Shown: positions 29,487 through 37,751 of the stretch, piece after piece
Numbering within the stretch: the stretch's first letter is position 1
How the letters are laid out: every line of letters starts with the position of its first letter
Source: a virus
Length of the DNA: 64,000 nucleotides
IMG/VR virus record: IMGVR_UViG_3300039191_000223
Span: 38,700 to 102,699 of that record
Reading direction: 5' to 3' (one strand)
Made by a program: the position numbers and the translations under genes
The notes under the pieces: model-generated
The model's database searches: none
What the model saw: the letters and a program-made list of their open reading frames with translations, nothing else
What the model was told of the DNA's origin: nothing

Positions 29487-29869
29487 ATAGATGGTGGGAT
29501 TATCCTATAAGAATCGTGGCAACACCCACCGGGAGAGCGACGACCTCTACCATTATCGTAACTTTGTAGAGTTTTCCAACTTTAGTATAGTATATATTAC
29601 AACTTTGTCCTTGGATTAAAGGCGAAAGTCCCCAACGCTCCCCGGTTAAGATTTGGTCAATCGGTGGCTGGGTATGTACCGTTGTCCGTCCGGGTCAACT
29701 TAGCGTTACCTAAGTCTCTTGCTAAAACATCATAAATAAAATATCATAAATAAAATATCATATATTCAATTAATTATAGAAAACTCACCTCCTTATTGGG
29801 ATATCCCAACCGCTTTAGAAGTCGCTACATTACTTGAAACTTTCTACATTGTCAACTACTTTAATAATT

Positions 29870-29993
29870 AAAGAAGCCCTGACGGCTGGAATCGAACCAG
29901 CATACCAGAGCCTAAGCCCTGTGCCTTTCCATATTAAGCTACGCCTACTAGATAAAACGAATGGTCAGCCCATTGATCTTATCCGGCTTCTTT
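29870..29993 (-). ncRNA. tRNA-like domain inside a longer hairpin RNA
   Basis: D-like arm, 4-nt-loop anticodon arm, T arm GCTGG-TTCGATT-CCAGC, 9-bp terminal helix. Confidence 0.6.
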
Positions 29994-30002
29994 GATAAAA
30001 AG

Positions 30003-30134
30003 TGTGCGCTGAAGGAATCGAACCTTCTGGCGGGCTATCGCCCCTTTTGCTGCCGTATGATTAATGTGGATTCGAACCACTATCTCTATCAAGAGTTAAC
30101 CGGAATTAAACCGGACTACCTACCATAAGCGCAC
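30003..30134 (-). ncRNA. 132-nt tRNA-like RNA with several T-loop motifs
   Basis: Acceptor GTGCGCT/AGCGCAC, terminal T arm, internal GTGG-TTCGAAT-CCAC. Confidence 0.65.
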
Positions 30135-30142
30135 TTAGAATT

Positions 30143-30244
30143 TGGTTGTGAGTGGTGATTGCGAGGCACCGATTTCCACCTTCGATCGGTGGCGCACTTT
30201 TTACAGCAGGTCCTTCCCACTGACCGTCTCTTTGCTAACTCACG
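30143..30244 (-). ncRNA. tRNA-like RNA with expanded D region
   Basis: GTGAGT/ACTCAC, ACCA end, CCACC-GATCGAA-GGTGG. Confidence 0.55.
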
Positions 30245-30269
30245 TTGTAGGATGGCTATGATGCCATGC

Positions 30270-30368
30270 TACCACATAGATAGGTGCGAAACTATCCTTT
30301 CCAGATTCAGAGTCTGGCGACTACCTGAGTAGAACCCATGGGATTGTACCCGCCTAGTCCTTATGTGT
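30270..30368 (-). ncRNA. tRNA-Gln(CTG)-like RNA with expanded D region
   Basis: CACATA/TATGTG, CCAGA-CTCTGAA-TCTGG, GATAG/CTATC T-like arm. Confidence 0.55.
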
Positions 30369-30446
30369 TGGCACACCCGGTAGGATTTGAACCCACGACC
30401 AATCGCTTCGAAGGCGAGTGCTCTGTCCAGACTGAGCTACGAGTGC
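30369..30446 (-). tRNA. tRNA-Arg(TCG)
   Basis: Loop CTTCGAA, CCA. Confidence 0.93.
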
Positions 30447-30453
30447 ATTAATT

Positions 30454-30804
30454 TTATACTTCAAGTGTCCTAATTTGTGGTACCTTTATCTCAAGCAGTT
30501 CACACGAAACAATATCACTTAGAATATCATTCCACGTCTCAAGTGAAAGATCGCCATCCGCTATGTCACTTCCTCTAGTATGAGTTTCTCCAACATTAGG
30601 CATCCGACGTGACATAGTAGCCCCAAGATATTTACCATCATCTGTCTGATATGCATTAATGTGGTAGACATTGTTTGTAGTATAAAGTGAAATTCTCAGT
30701 TCCGTTGCACTTTCTTCTTTAACATGAATAGTCAAAGCTGATCCAAACTTACCAATCCCATACTTCAAGTGTTCTTTAAATTCTGCGATAGTATTCATTT
30801 TCAC
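30454..30804 (-). CDS. hypothetical protein
   Basis: 116 aa ORF with GGAG RBS. Confidence 0.7.
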   Translation of the reverse strand: MKMNTIAEFKEHLKYGIGKFGSALTIHVKEESATELRISLYTTNNVYHINAYQTDDGKYLGATMSRRMPNVGETHTRGSDIADGDLSLETWNDILSDIVSCELLEIKVPQIRTLEV

Positions 30805-30821
30805 TCCCTATAATATGCACG

Positions 30822-30970
30822 GCGTCTTGCTTGCGAGGCAAGATATTCTGGATAAAGCCAGAGGACTTTTCATGACTACGTGGAGCCGCATGTAGAATTC
30901 CTAGAATTGTACACTTTACGCTTTTAGTCTAACGACGTATTCTTAGCTGAAGTGGGATATCCCACGACGC
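30822..30970 (-). ncRNA. candidate structured RNA
   Basis: GCGTC/GACGC closing helix, four internal hairpins, last TCTTGC-CTCGCAA-GCAAGA. Confidence 0.45.
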
Positions 30971-31060
30971 ATTAAATTTTGTATGCCCCTAAACAAGACA
31001 GGGTGAACTATACCTAAGTGCACCCTGTTCGTCAAGCCTCATTTTGGGGAATCTTACCTC

Positions 31061-31250
31061 TTAATTCAGACGGTAGGTAACGCTGCCCCCCCGTATGCCT
31101 TTGCGTCACCGGCAGTCATTCCGACGTTCATGTATAGGTTTTCTTTAACCCTGCCACCTATCATGAAGCTGACAGCGGTCTCACTCTGGTAATGACCTAG
31201 ACCAACGCTTACCTGTAGACCATCGACGCTAACATCCTGATAGTATTTAT
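31061..31250 (-). pseudogene. YadA-type trimeric autotransporter anchor remnant
   Basis: VSVGLGHYQSETAVSFMIGGRVKENLYMNVGMTAGDAKAYGG then SVTYRLN* after a shift in the G7 run; no start codon upstream of the domain. Confidence 0.6.
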
Positions 31251-31324
31251 CTTATTTACAATTAAGTAAAATAACTGAGATTCAAAAACATTTATTGTCG
31301 ATAATTATCACTGAACTGTTCATA

Positions 31325-31417
31325 TGAGGGACGGGAGTCGAACCCGCAGGGTCATTATTTCAGACCGCGATCACCCATTACGAGCGCCGCGCCTTACCTT
31401 GTTTCGGCGCACCCCCA
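31325..31417 (-). ncRNA. tRNA-like RNA, irregular anticodon arm, long variable arm
   Basis: D arm GCGCC/GGCGC with GG, T arm GCGGG-TTCGACT-CCCGT, no CCA. Confidence 0.55.
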
Positions 31418-31421
31418 AATT

Positions 31422-31499
31422 TGGTAGCAGAGGGAGGATTTGAACCTCCGACCTCCGGGTTATGAACCCGACGAGCTGACCAACCTGCTCTACTCTGCA
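31422..31499 (-). tRNA. tRNA-fMet(CAT)
   Basis: 1:72 mismatch, GGG/CCC anticodon stem, loop TTCATAA. Confidence 0.93.
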
Positions 31500-31588
31500 A
31501 TTAATTTAGATAGTCTATTCCACAATCATCGTCGTCGTCGTCAAACTCATCGTCGCATCCCACATCAAAATCTAATCGTCTAAGATCG

Positions 31589-31789
31589 TCAGTATTTTCG
31601 GGAGACTGTGTAGTCTTCGAGAGCGAGACAATATCGTTTTTGGATGTAGACTGCTTGATCATATGCTGTCTTGATATTATCCCACAAACTTTGAGGAATA
31701 GTTTCAGACCTCTCGATAAATTTGTCTTTCTCATCGAGCAGTACATGTAGTTTGGCTTTCGCCTCTTTTACGTCTGATTTGTTGTACAT
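31589..31789 (-). CDS. hypothetical protein
   Basis: 66 aa ORF between tRNAs. Confidence 0.55.
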   Translation of the reverse strand: MYNKSDVKEAKAKLHVLLDEKDKFIERSETIPQSLWDNIKTAYDQAVYIQKRYCLALEDYTVSRKY

Positions 31790-31790
31790 T

Positions 31791-31875
31791 TGGTGGGCCG
31801 GGGGGGACTCGAACCCCCACACCTTTCGGTACTGGTACCTAAAACCAGCGCGTCTACCAGTTCCGCCACCAGCCC
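31791..31875 (-). tRNA. tRNA-Leu(TAG)
   Basis: Loop TTTAGGT, variable arm, CCA. Confidence 0.95.
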
Positions 31876-32127
31876 ATAAAACTATTTATTCTTTCTGCAA
31901 TACGTAGTCGTTAATGCATGACAATTACAACATGGACACTCTTATCTTTAGCCACACAGTCCGTAATTTCGTCAAGTACATCAGCCGCGTTGTCAACTGC
32001 GTTCGTTTCATCCAAAGTAAGGTTAATCATTTCGAATTCTTCTTTAAGTACGATTTAGCCTTTGATGGCTTACAAGTCTTTGTTTTACTATTGCCCGGAG
32101 CGCATACCATCTTCACTGTTGCTTATA

Positions 32128-32214
32128 TGGTGCTCATGGAGGGGGTCGAACCCACAAGGTCTTATGACCACAACGCTCTCAACGTTGCTCCTTTACCAGT
32201 TTGGACACATGAGC
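32128..32214 (-). tRNA. tRNA-Leu(GAG)
   Basis: Loop TTGAGAG, variable arm, CCA. Confidence 0.92.
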
Positions 32215-32221
32215 AGTGTCT

Positions 32222-32425
32222 TTACGCAGACAACCCGCGCCGATCCATCAATCGCTTGATCATAGCACGGTCGCGCCCACGAGTGTTGCTTGCCGCGTAT
32301 GCTTCAAGAAGCTGGTCATCGTTCATAGCAAACATGGATTTAGTCATCTTGCGACTGCCAATTTTGCCCTTGGTACGAATAACCGGGTTCTTAGCATTTT
32401 TTACTGCGATTCTTGCCTGTGGCAT
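32222..32425 (-). CDS. small basic protein
   Basis: AGGAG RBS, consensus promoter upstream. Confidence 0.75.
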   Translation of the reverse strand: MPQARIAVKNAKNPVIRTKGKIGSRKMTKSMFAMNDDQLLEAYAASNTRGRDRAMIKRLMDRRGLSA

Positions 32426-32443
32426 TGTACTTCTCCTGTTTAA

Positions 32444-32473
32444 TTTAGTTTAGTTTAGTTTAGTTTAGTTTAG
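32444..32473. repeat. (TTTAG)6 microsatellite
   Basis: Six perfect copies. Confidence 0.95.
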
Positions 32474-32552
32474 TAAAGAAAATGCGCTGGGGCCTGCCCC
32501 CTTTTGCAATTTAATGCGGGACGCACTACTCCGTCAGAACCAGTACTAAGGA

Positions 32553-32581
32553 ATTATACGGAAATACAATTTCGCTGTCAA
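32553..32581 (-). promoter_or_regulatory. consensus sigma70 promoter
   Basis: TTGACA-17 nt-TATAAT. Confidence 0.85.
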
Positions 32582-33342
32582 CCCCTAATGTTCACAACAA
32601 TGGGATAATGGTCCGATATCTGATCAGTTAGGTCATTCTTACAAACACCATAGTAACTTATCAATGGCTCAAGTTTCTTAGATGCTAGCATGTAGTCTAA
32701 CCGAAAAGGATAAGTATGGTTTACGTCTGCATTAGCTTCCGTTGGAACCGTTGCTGCTTGAGCTTCTAAACAAACTGCCGCATCGTGGTAACCATGGTTC
32801 TCAAAATAGCGTAGAACTCCATCGTATTGGTATGACTCTGAAAATTTGTGAATACCGATATCTTTTAGATTTTCTATCAAATTATCTGGATATCCATCGT
32901 GCGAGCTAAGGCTGTTCAAGTCTCCCACAACGAGAGCATACTCAGCATCACATATTTCATAGATTATCTTCGCAGCTTCTTTTAGTCGATCAGATTCACT
33001 ATATGGATTTAAGTGAGTGTTCCAAATATCAATTAATCTAGGTCCCCACAAAATACCAGTATTGACAGCACTATGATGAAAAGAATCTTCAAATGTTCGA
33101 GTATAATGCAAAGGCATTTGCGAAAGCGTAACTACTTTAAATGGAGAATCGCCGTTCCCAAAAGCTACGTGCGGCATAGATACCGCTTCTGAAAATTCTC
33201 GAAGTATGGCCGCATCATTGTCAAGCCAACCATTTGCTTCTTGCACACACAACACGGTTGGTTGCTCAGATCGAACAAACTCAATCAGTTTAGAACGGGT
33301 GGCATATGCGCCATGGTATATGTTGTAGCTAATTAGCTTCAT
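32578..33342 (-). CDS. endonuclease/exonuclease/phosphatase (EEP) family protein
   Basis: SYNI, CVQE, NTHL, GDLN, RLDY, SDHYPI. Confidence 0.92.
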   Translation of the reverse strand: MKLISYNIYHGAYATRSKLIEFVRSEQPTVLCVQEANGWLDNDAAILREFSEAVSMPHVAFGNGDSPFKVVTLSQMPLHYTRTFEDSFHHSAVNTGILWGPRLIDIWNTHLNPYSESDRLKEAAKIIYEICDAEYALVVGDLNSLSSHDGYPDNLIENLKDIGIHKFSESYQYDGVLRYFENHGYHDAAVCLEAQAATVPTEANADVNHTYPFRLDYMLASKKLEPLISYYGVCKNDLTDQISDHYPIVVNIRG

Positions 33343-33457
33343 GTCCTATCAACCAATACAATAGTGTTCACGATCATCATAATCGTTAATGCCTCTAGAT
33401 TCCAACCTACGGGCGATTTTTGCTTTATCTCGGCCACGAATGTTGCTGGATTTGATT

Positions 33458-33534
33458 TGGTACACCCGGCAGGATTCGAACCTGCATAGTTTCGCTTCGT
33501 AAGCGAATGCCTAATCCGTTCGCGCCACGGGTGC
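33458..33534 (-). tRNA. tRNA-Arg(ACG)
   Basis: Loop TTACGAA, CCA. Confidence 0.92.
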
Positions 33535-33542
33535 ATTGTATT

Positions 33543-33633
33543 TGGTGAGGGATGGTGGAATTGAACCACTCGTCGGCCACCATACTTATTTCATAGACTC
33601 CGGGTTTACAATCCGGTTGTAGGAACATCCCTC
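33543..33633 (-). tRNA. atypical D-armless tRNA-Tyr(GTA)-like RNA
   Basis: 8-bp acceptor, 4-bp T stem, loop TTGTAAA, 9-nt linker instead of a D arm, ACCA. Confidence 0.72.
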
Positions 33634-33638
33634 AATAA

Positions 33639-33893
33639 TTAAAGTTCGTCGTCGGGAACATTTTCAAAATTCTCAGTATGGAACCCTGAGATAATCCGCC
33701 CTTTGTTCCCGTGCTGCGCCACTACACAGTGGCCTCTCAGATTTGGGATTTCTCCCAAGTAGATAAAGAACGGCGTATCCAAAAGTACGTGACGGTTTCC
33801 GCAGGTTTCTCGCAAATACTCCCGATACCAATCCGCCAGCCTAATAAGAGAATACTGCTCAAATTCTTCATCAACATCAAGTTTGTCTGTCAT
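33639..33893 (-). CDS. hypothetical protein
   Basis: FIYLGEIPNLRGHCVV...GFHTENF. Confidence 0.7.
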   Translation of the reverse strand: MTDKLDVDEEFEQYSLIRLADWYREYLRETCGNRHVLLDTPFFIYLGEIPNLRGHCVVAQHGNKGRIISGFHTENFENVPDDEL

Positions 33894-33904
33894 CGGATAT
33901 AGCC

Positions 33905-34099
33905 TCAGTTTAGTTTATGCTGCAATTCTACAACGTCAATCAGTCGTAGTTTCATTTTAGTTGTGAAACAGGGCCGACACATTTCATAGAGATTTCCCTG
34001 TGAACACAACCCATCGTCTGCAATAGACGTGCAATCACAACCATAGACGTATAGCTTGTCTGCTAATTCTTCAATAATGTCACTTAGCTCTTCACGCAT
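33905..34099 (-). CDS. hypothetical protein
   Basis: Coupled small ORF. Confidence 0.55.
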   Translation of the reverse strand: MREELSDIIEELADKLYVYGCDCTSIADDGLCSQGNLYEMCRPCFTTKMKLRLIDVVELQHKLN

Positions 34100-34352
34100 C
34101 GGGGGTATCCTCTAATGGTTCACGATAAGGAGTCTTTCTAGAGAAAACGACCTTCATCAACTCTTTCCTCACTTGAACCTTGGTCTTAGTATATGTGTAA
34201 CATTTGCTAATGTCAACCGATCTTGTACCATCAGGCAAAGGTTCTTTAATATGCACGTACTTGCTATGGTCATAACCAATGATTACGATTTCTCGCATAG
34301 TACCGTCCACATCAGTAAATGCCGGATAACCTCTATGCATAATTTCCCCCAT
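34092..34352 (-). CDS. hypothetical protein
   Basis: Coupled small ORF. Confidence 0.6.
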   Translation of the reverse strand: MGEIMHRGYPAFTDVDGTMREIVIIGYDHSKYVHIKEPLPDGTRSVDISKCYTYTKTKVQVRKELMKVVFSRKTPYREPLEDTPDA

Positions 34353-34354
34353 CT

Positions 34355-34540
34355 TCAGATAAATGATTTAACCACGACTGGATTTCTAAACACAACCTTA
34401 AATGAAAAGTCATTATTTTCACCGTCATCTATGGTATCGTCTACTAGCCACACTTCATCGAGCTTGCTCAAAAACCCGTGCTCATTTGCCACACACCAGT
34501 CACTCTTAGCCGCCGGTTGAACTTTTCTCTTTTCTTTCAT
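34355..34540 (-). CDS. hypothetical protein
   Basis: Small ORF. Confidence 0.5.
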   Translation of the reverse strand: MKEKRKVQPAAKSDWCVANEHGFLSKLDEVWLVDDTIDDGENNDFSFKVVFRNPVVVKSFI

Positions 34541-34695
34541 TATTATTCTTTCCGAAAATCCTATCCCAATTATCGTCAAATTGATTTTTGGGTACTTGTC
34601 GAGGTCGTTGCTTACTACCCTTTCCACCATGCCACTTATTCATCTTCATTATCCTGGTGTCGTGCTGAGCGGACGTTTTCATATCCGATTGACGA

Positions 34696-34725
34696 GACGC
34701 TTCGATATCCGGATATCGAGGCGTC
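34696..34725. repeat. 30-bp near-perfect palindrome
   Basis: GACGCTTCGATATCCGGATATCGAGGCGTC at the left edge of the methyltransferase insert. Confidence 0.8.
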
Positions 34726-34754
34726 TGTACAATATCTGTTAGCACTCCCTATAC

Positions 34755-35900
34755 TCAAAACATCTCAGCAACAGTTTCTCCAATAGCGGTTCCAAGCAAG
34801 GGAGGCACTGCGTTGCCTATTTGCTTTGTAATTTGGGTCCTGGTTCCAAAAAATTGGAAAGTATCGTCAAAAGATTGAAGCCGAGCTCCTTCTCTTGGTG
34901 TGAGTGCTCTATCTAGCACAGGGTGGATGCAACGGTTTGATGCAGGATGAACAAAGTTAACGGTGATGGTTACTGCCGGATGGTCAGCATCAAGTCGGCT
35001 ATAACAGCTACTAAATCCGCTAGTTATGAGATGCTTAGGAATACAGTTTATATTCTTTCCTGAATGCTTAACAATCTCAAGCATCTTATTGGAGTGAGCG
35101 GTGGCTATATGTAGCTCTAAAATTTCTGAACTTTCCCTTCTATCCTTTTGGTATTGATTCTGTGGCGGCATGGAGTATTCACTGGCAATTTCACCTGATG
35201 AAATAGGAGGAAGGTCACTTATTGCATCCATAGCAGACAATGCATCTGGTAGGATTTGCTCCTCAAATAAATCAGGTTCTCGCGGTGCAAGGATTCTAAC
35301 CTTGTCCCGATAGCCAATTGTCGAGCCTTTGTAAAAATGAGTAGGAGTTGGAAATAATATCTTCCCTCCCTTTTGAACCCCAATCATGACTAACCTTTCG
35401 CGCTTTTGAGGTACACCGAAATGTGCTGCATTAAGTAGTTTCCAATCGGTTTCATACCCGATTTTTTTAAAGCAATCTTGCATTTTTTCTAGCGTTGTTC
35501 CGCCTTTGTGTGTGGCAAGCCCAACAACATTCTCTAGAATGAAAACTTTCGGCCTGAAATAATTAACGAAAGAAGCGTATTCCTCAAAAAGCGAGTTCCT
35601 GGGATCATCTTCTTTAGACGACCTAAAGGGCCTGATGGATGAAAAGCCTTGGCAGGGAGGCCCTCCAACGAGAACATCTAACTGATCCCTTTTAACTCCC
35701 GTTATTTCCTCTACTTCGTGCCGTCTTAATTGCCGTATATCTTTACATATGCCGATTCCGGCTCGGTGGTTCAGCTTAAATGTTTCGACAGAGGCTGGAA
35801 GCACGTCAATACCGAGTTTAACATCAAAATTTGCTTGCTTGGAGTTTTCCATGCCCTTGGAAAATCCCCCGGTACCGCAAAAAAGATCAAATACTTTCAT
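34755..35900 (-). CDS. C5 DNA cytosine methyltransferase
   Basis: DLFCGTGG, GGPPCQGFS, ENV, PQKRER, IGNAVPP. Confidence 0.96.
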   Translation of the reverse strand: MKVFDLFCGTGGFSKGMENSKQANFDVKLGIDVLPASVETFKLNHRAGIGICKDIRQLRRHEVEEITGVKRDQLDVLVGGPPCQGFSSIRPFRSSKEDDPRNSLFEEYASFVNYFRPKVFILENVVGLATHKGGTTLEKMQDCFKKIGYETDWKLLNAAHFGVPQKRERLVMIGVQKGGKILFPTPTHFYKGSTIGYRDKVRILAPREPDLFEEQILPDALSAMDAISDLPPISSGEIASEYSMPPQNQYQKDRRESSEILELHIATAHSNKMLEIVKHSGKNINCIPKHLITSGFSSCYSRLDADHPAVTITVNFVHPASNRCIHPVLDRALTPREGARLQSFDDTFQFFGTRTQITKQIGNAVPPLLGTAIGETVAEMF

Positions 35901-35998
35901 AAGGTTATCTCGTTTCTCAGCTCCGGTGGAGACTATAGTCTCCTAGTCATGATTAGTCAAGTCCAATAAACTTGTTGATTTTCGGCAAGAGATGAAGT

Positions 35999-36190
35999 AT
36001 GGCGAAGGATACAGCAGTTACGGCAGCGTTCGTGGAGTTGGCGAAGAAAATTCGGGAGCAAAAAGCTCTTACCATCGAACAGCTAGCCGATATGGCCGGA
36101 GTTCATAGGACCACAATATGTTTATTAGAGCGCCATGAGCGCACCCCAACGCTACAAGTAGCAAGTCAGATTGCAAAAGCCTTGAACCTC
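35999..36190 (+). pseudogene. XRE/controller-type HTH regulator, 3'-truncated
   Basis: IREQKALTIEQLADMAGVHRTTI...PTL...IAKAL, then runs into the antisense of a phage gene; GACTATAGTC box at 35931-35940. Confidence 0.7.
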
Positions 36191-36490
36191 CTTTTCCGGT
36201 TTGTATATGTTAAATGGATCTTCCCAATCGGGATAGAACTCATGTGTCTCGATATCGTACTTAACGCAGACGCCTATGCACTTAAACGTATGCCCAACTT
36301 TCGGCATGAAGTATCCAACAAGTCTACCGTATGTAATTTTAGCAGCTTGACTAAAATCTTCGCCCCACGTTATATCCATCACGTCTGGACTGGTCAAAAA
36401 CATATCAGTGTCGGGACGATAGAGCACCATTAATTCGTAGTCTTCGTGAAAACAATCAGTTGATGTTATATCCTCGTAGCTCTTTGCCAT
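36152..36490 (-). CDS. hypothetical protein, 3' end runs into the insert
   Basis: GGAG RBS; last codons lie inside the XRE gene. Confidence 0.6.
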   Translation of the reverse strand: MAKSYEDITSTDCFHEDYELMVLYRPDTDMFLTSPDVMDITWGEDFSQAAKITYGRLVGYFMPKVGHTFKCIGVCVKYDIETHEFYPDWEDPFNIYKPEKEVQGFCNLTCYL

Positions 36491-36547
36491 ATTAATTACT
36501 CCGGTAAAATGAAATACCGAGGCGCTTCCAAGCGTGATCTTGATAAA

Positions 36548-36736
36548 TCATTGTAGTTTCTCAATTGCTATAATACGTGACGGTGGAATATGGTACACCA
36601 TCTTGTCTGCACTATTCGTAACCGTAAGGTCATTAGTAATCCAAAACCCATGCTGGATCATATGCCCTATGGCACCAAGTTCAATATCATCGGATATGTT
36701 TCGACCGAAGTATTCAAAATGTACGCGGAATTTCAT
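36548..36736 (-). CDS. hypothetical protein
   Basis: ATGA overlap. Confidence 0.6.
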   Translation of the reverse strand: MKFRVHFEYFGRNISDDIELGAIGHMIQHGFWITNDLTVTNSADKMVYHIPPSRIIAIEKLQ

Positions 36737-37008
36737 AGTAACTGGTCTGTCTGGTCTGTCTGGTCTTCTAAAACAAGAGCGTTGGCCAGTTTGTCTACGG
36801 TATCATCCAACTTGTCATCGGAAACTTCTAAGATGTTGTTACACACTACCGTAACATTACCCCTCGTACCTTCAAGATTTCGCTTACCTGCTGGATTATC
36901 TAATACCTCTTGAATGATATACGCCATATCGGCAATTACATCACGATCATACTCGGCATCAGCATCTTCTGCAATAACTACAGTGTAGCTGTGAACTTTC
37001 TTTGTCAT
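36733..37008 (-). CDS. hypothetical protein
   Basis: AGGA RBS; 9-nt repeat encodes (DQT)n. Confidence 0.65.
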   Translation of the reverse strand: MTKKVHSYTVVIAEDADAEYDRDVIADMAYIIQEVLDNPAGKRNLEGTRGNVTVVCNNILEVSDDKLDDTVDKLANALVLEDQTDQTDQLL

Positions 37009-37025
37009 ATTACTATCCTATTGTT

Positions 37026-37101
37026 TGGTGGAGGTAGAGGGATTCGAACCCACGACCTACTGCGTGCAAGGCAGTTGCTCTCCCAACTGAGCTATACCCC
37101 C
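37026..37101 (-). tRNA. tRNA-Ala(TGC)
   Basis: G3:U70, loop CTTGCAC, CCA. Confidence 0.95.
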
Positions 37102-37122
37102 AAAAAACATCGTCCTACATAT

Positions 37123-37200
37123 TGGCTGGGGTGGTAGGACTTGAACCTACAAATCTCTGAGTCAGAGTCAGATGCCTTACCAATTAGGCGCTACACCCCA
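37123..37200 (-). tRNA. tRNA-Gln(CTG)
   Basis: U1:A72, loop CTCTGAC, CCA. Confidence 0.93.
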
Positions 37201-37433
37201 TCTAATCGTTTAAATTCTTCGAGTATTGCTTCTTCCCGAATTCCAAAGCGTCGCATGTTTGGCCATGAACCGAACTGTGATAGATCAAAGCCATGCTTGT
37301 TTGCAATTACACGCATCTCATGCACCATTGCATTTAATTCTTCATCTGACCGGTCGAGAGCGGTTTCATCTGAAAACCGAACACAATAATCTTCTTGTGG
37401 ATTCCAGTGCTTAGCCATTATTAATTTCTCCAT
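37191..37433 (-). CDS. hypothetical protein
   Basis: Stop codon lies inside the tRNA-Gln 5' end. Confidence 0.6.
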   Translation of the reverse strand: MEKLIMAKHWNPQEDYCVRFSDETALDRSDEELNAMVHEMRVIANKHGFDLSQFGSWPNMRRFGIREEAILEEFKRLDGV

Positions 37434-37735
37434 TATGGCAGCACATCATATTTATACATATCCAATATGTGTGCAGCGGGGATGTCACCAATCGCATACT
37501 CGTACTCGGAATAGTCATAGTCGGTTGAAAACTCTTCTACAGTTTTGCCTATCCAACAGGAACCAAGCACATACCGCACTGCAACCCACTTCATGTGATT
37601 TATGGGCATGCCAGAGTATGTTGCACGCTCAAGCACCGCAGATGAATGTGATGATTCATAGGTCACCCCAAGTGGCCGACAAAATGTTTCGACAGTTATC
37701 ACATCATCTTTATCAAGTATCTTGATCGTTCTCAT
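37433..37735 (-). CDS. hypothetical protein
   Basis: 100 aa ORF. Confidence 0.65.
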   Translation of the reverse strand: MRTIKILDKDDVITVETFCRPLGVTYESSHSSAVLERATYSGMPINHMKWVAVRYVLGSCWIGKTVEEFSTDYDYSEYEYAIGDIPAAHILDMYKYDVLP

Positions 37736-37751
37736 AATCTGTACCTATGTT

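Noticed and set aside
29729-29760. 14-nt tandem duplication as a regulatory repeat
   Set aside because: Only two copies; similar short duplications near 14555 and 45057 look like slippage or assembly stutter
17417-31092. Programmed frameshifts at 17417, 20912 and 31086
   Set aside because: All are single-base shifts in short homopolymers with no clear stimulatory signal; sequence error or recent mutation is simpler
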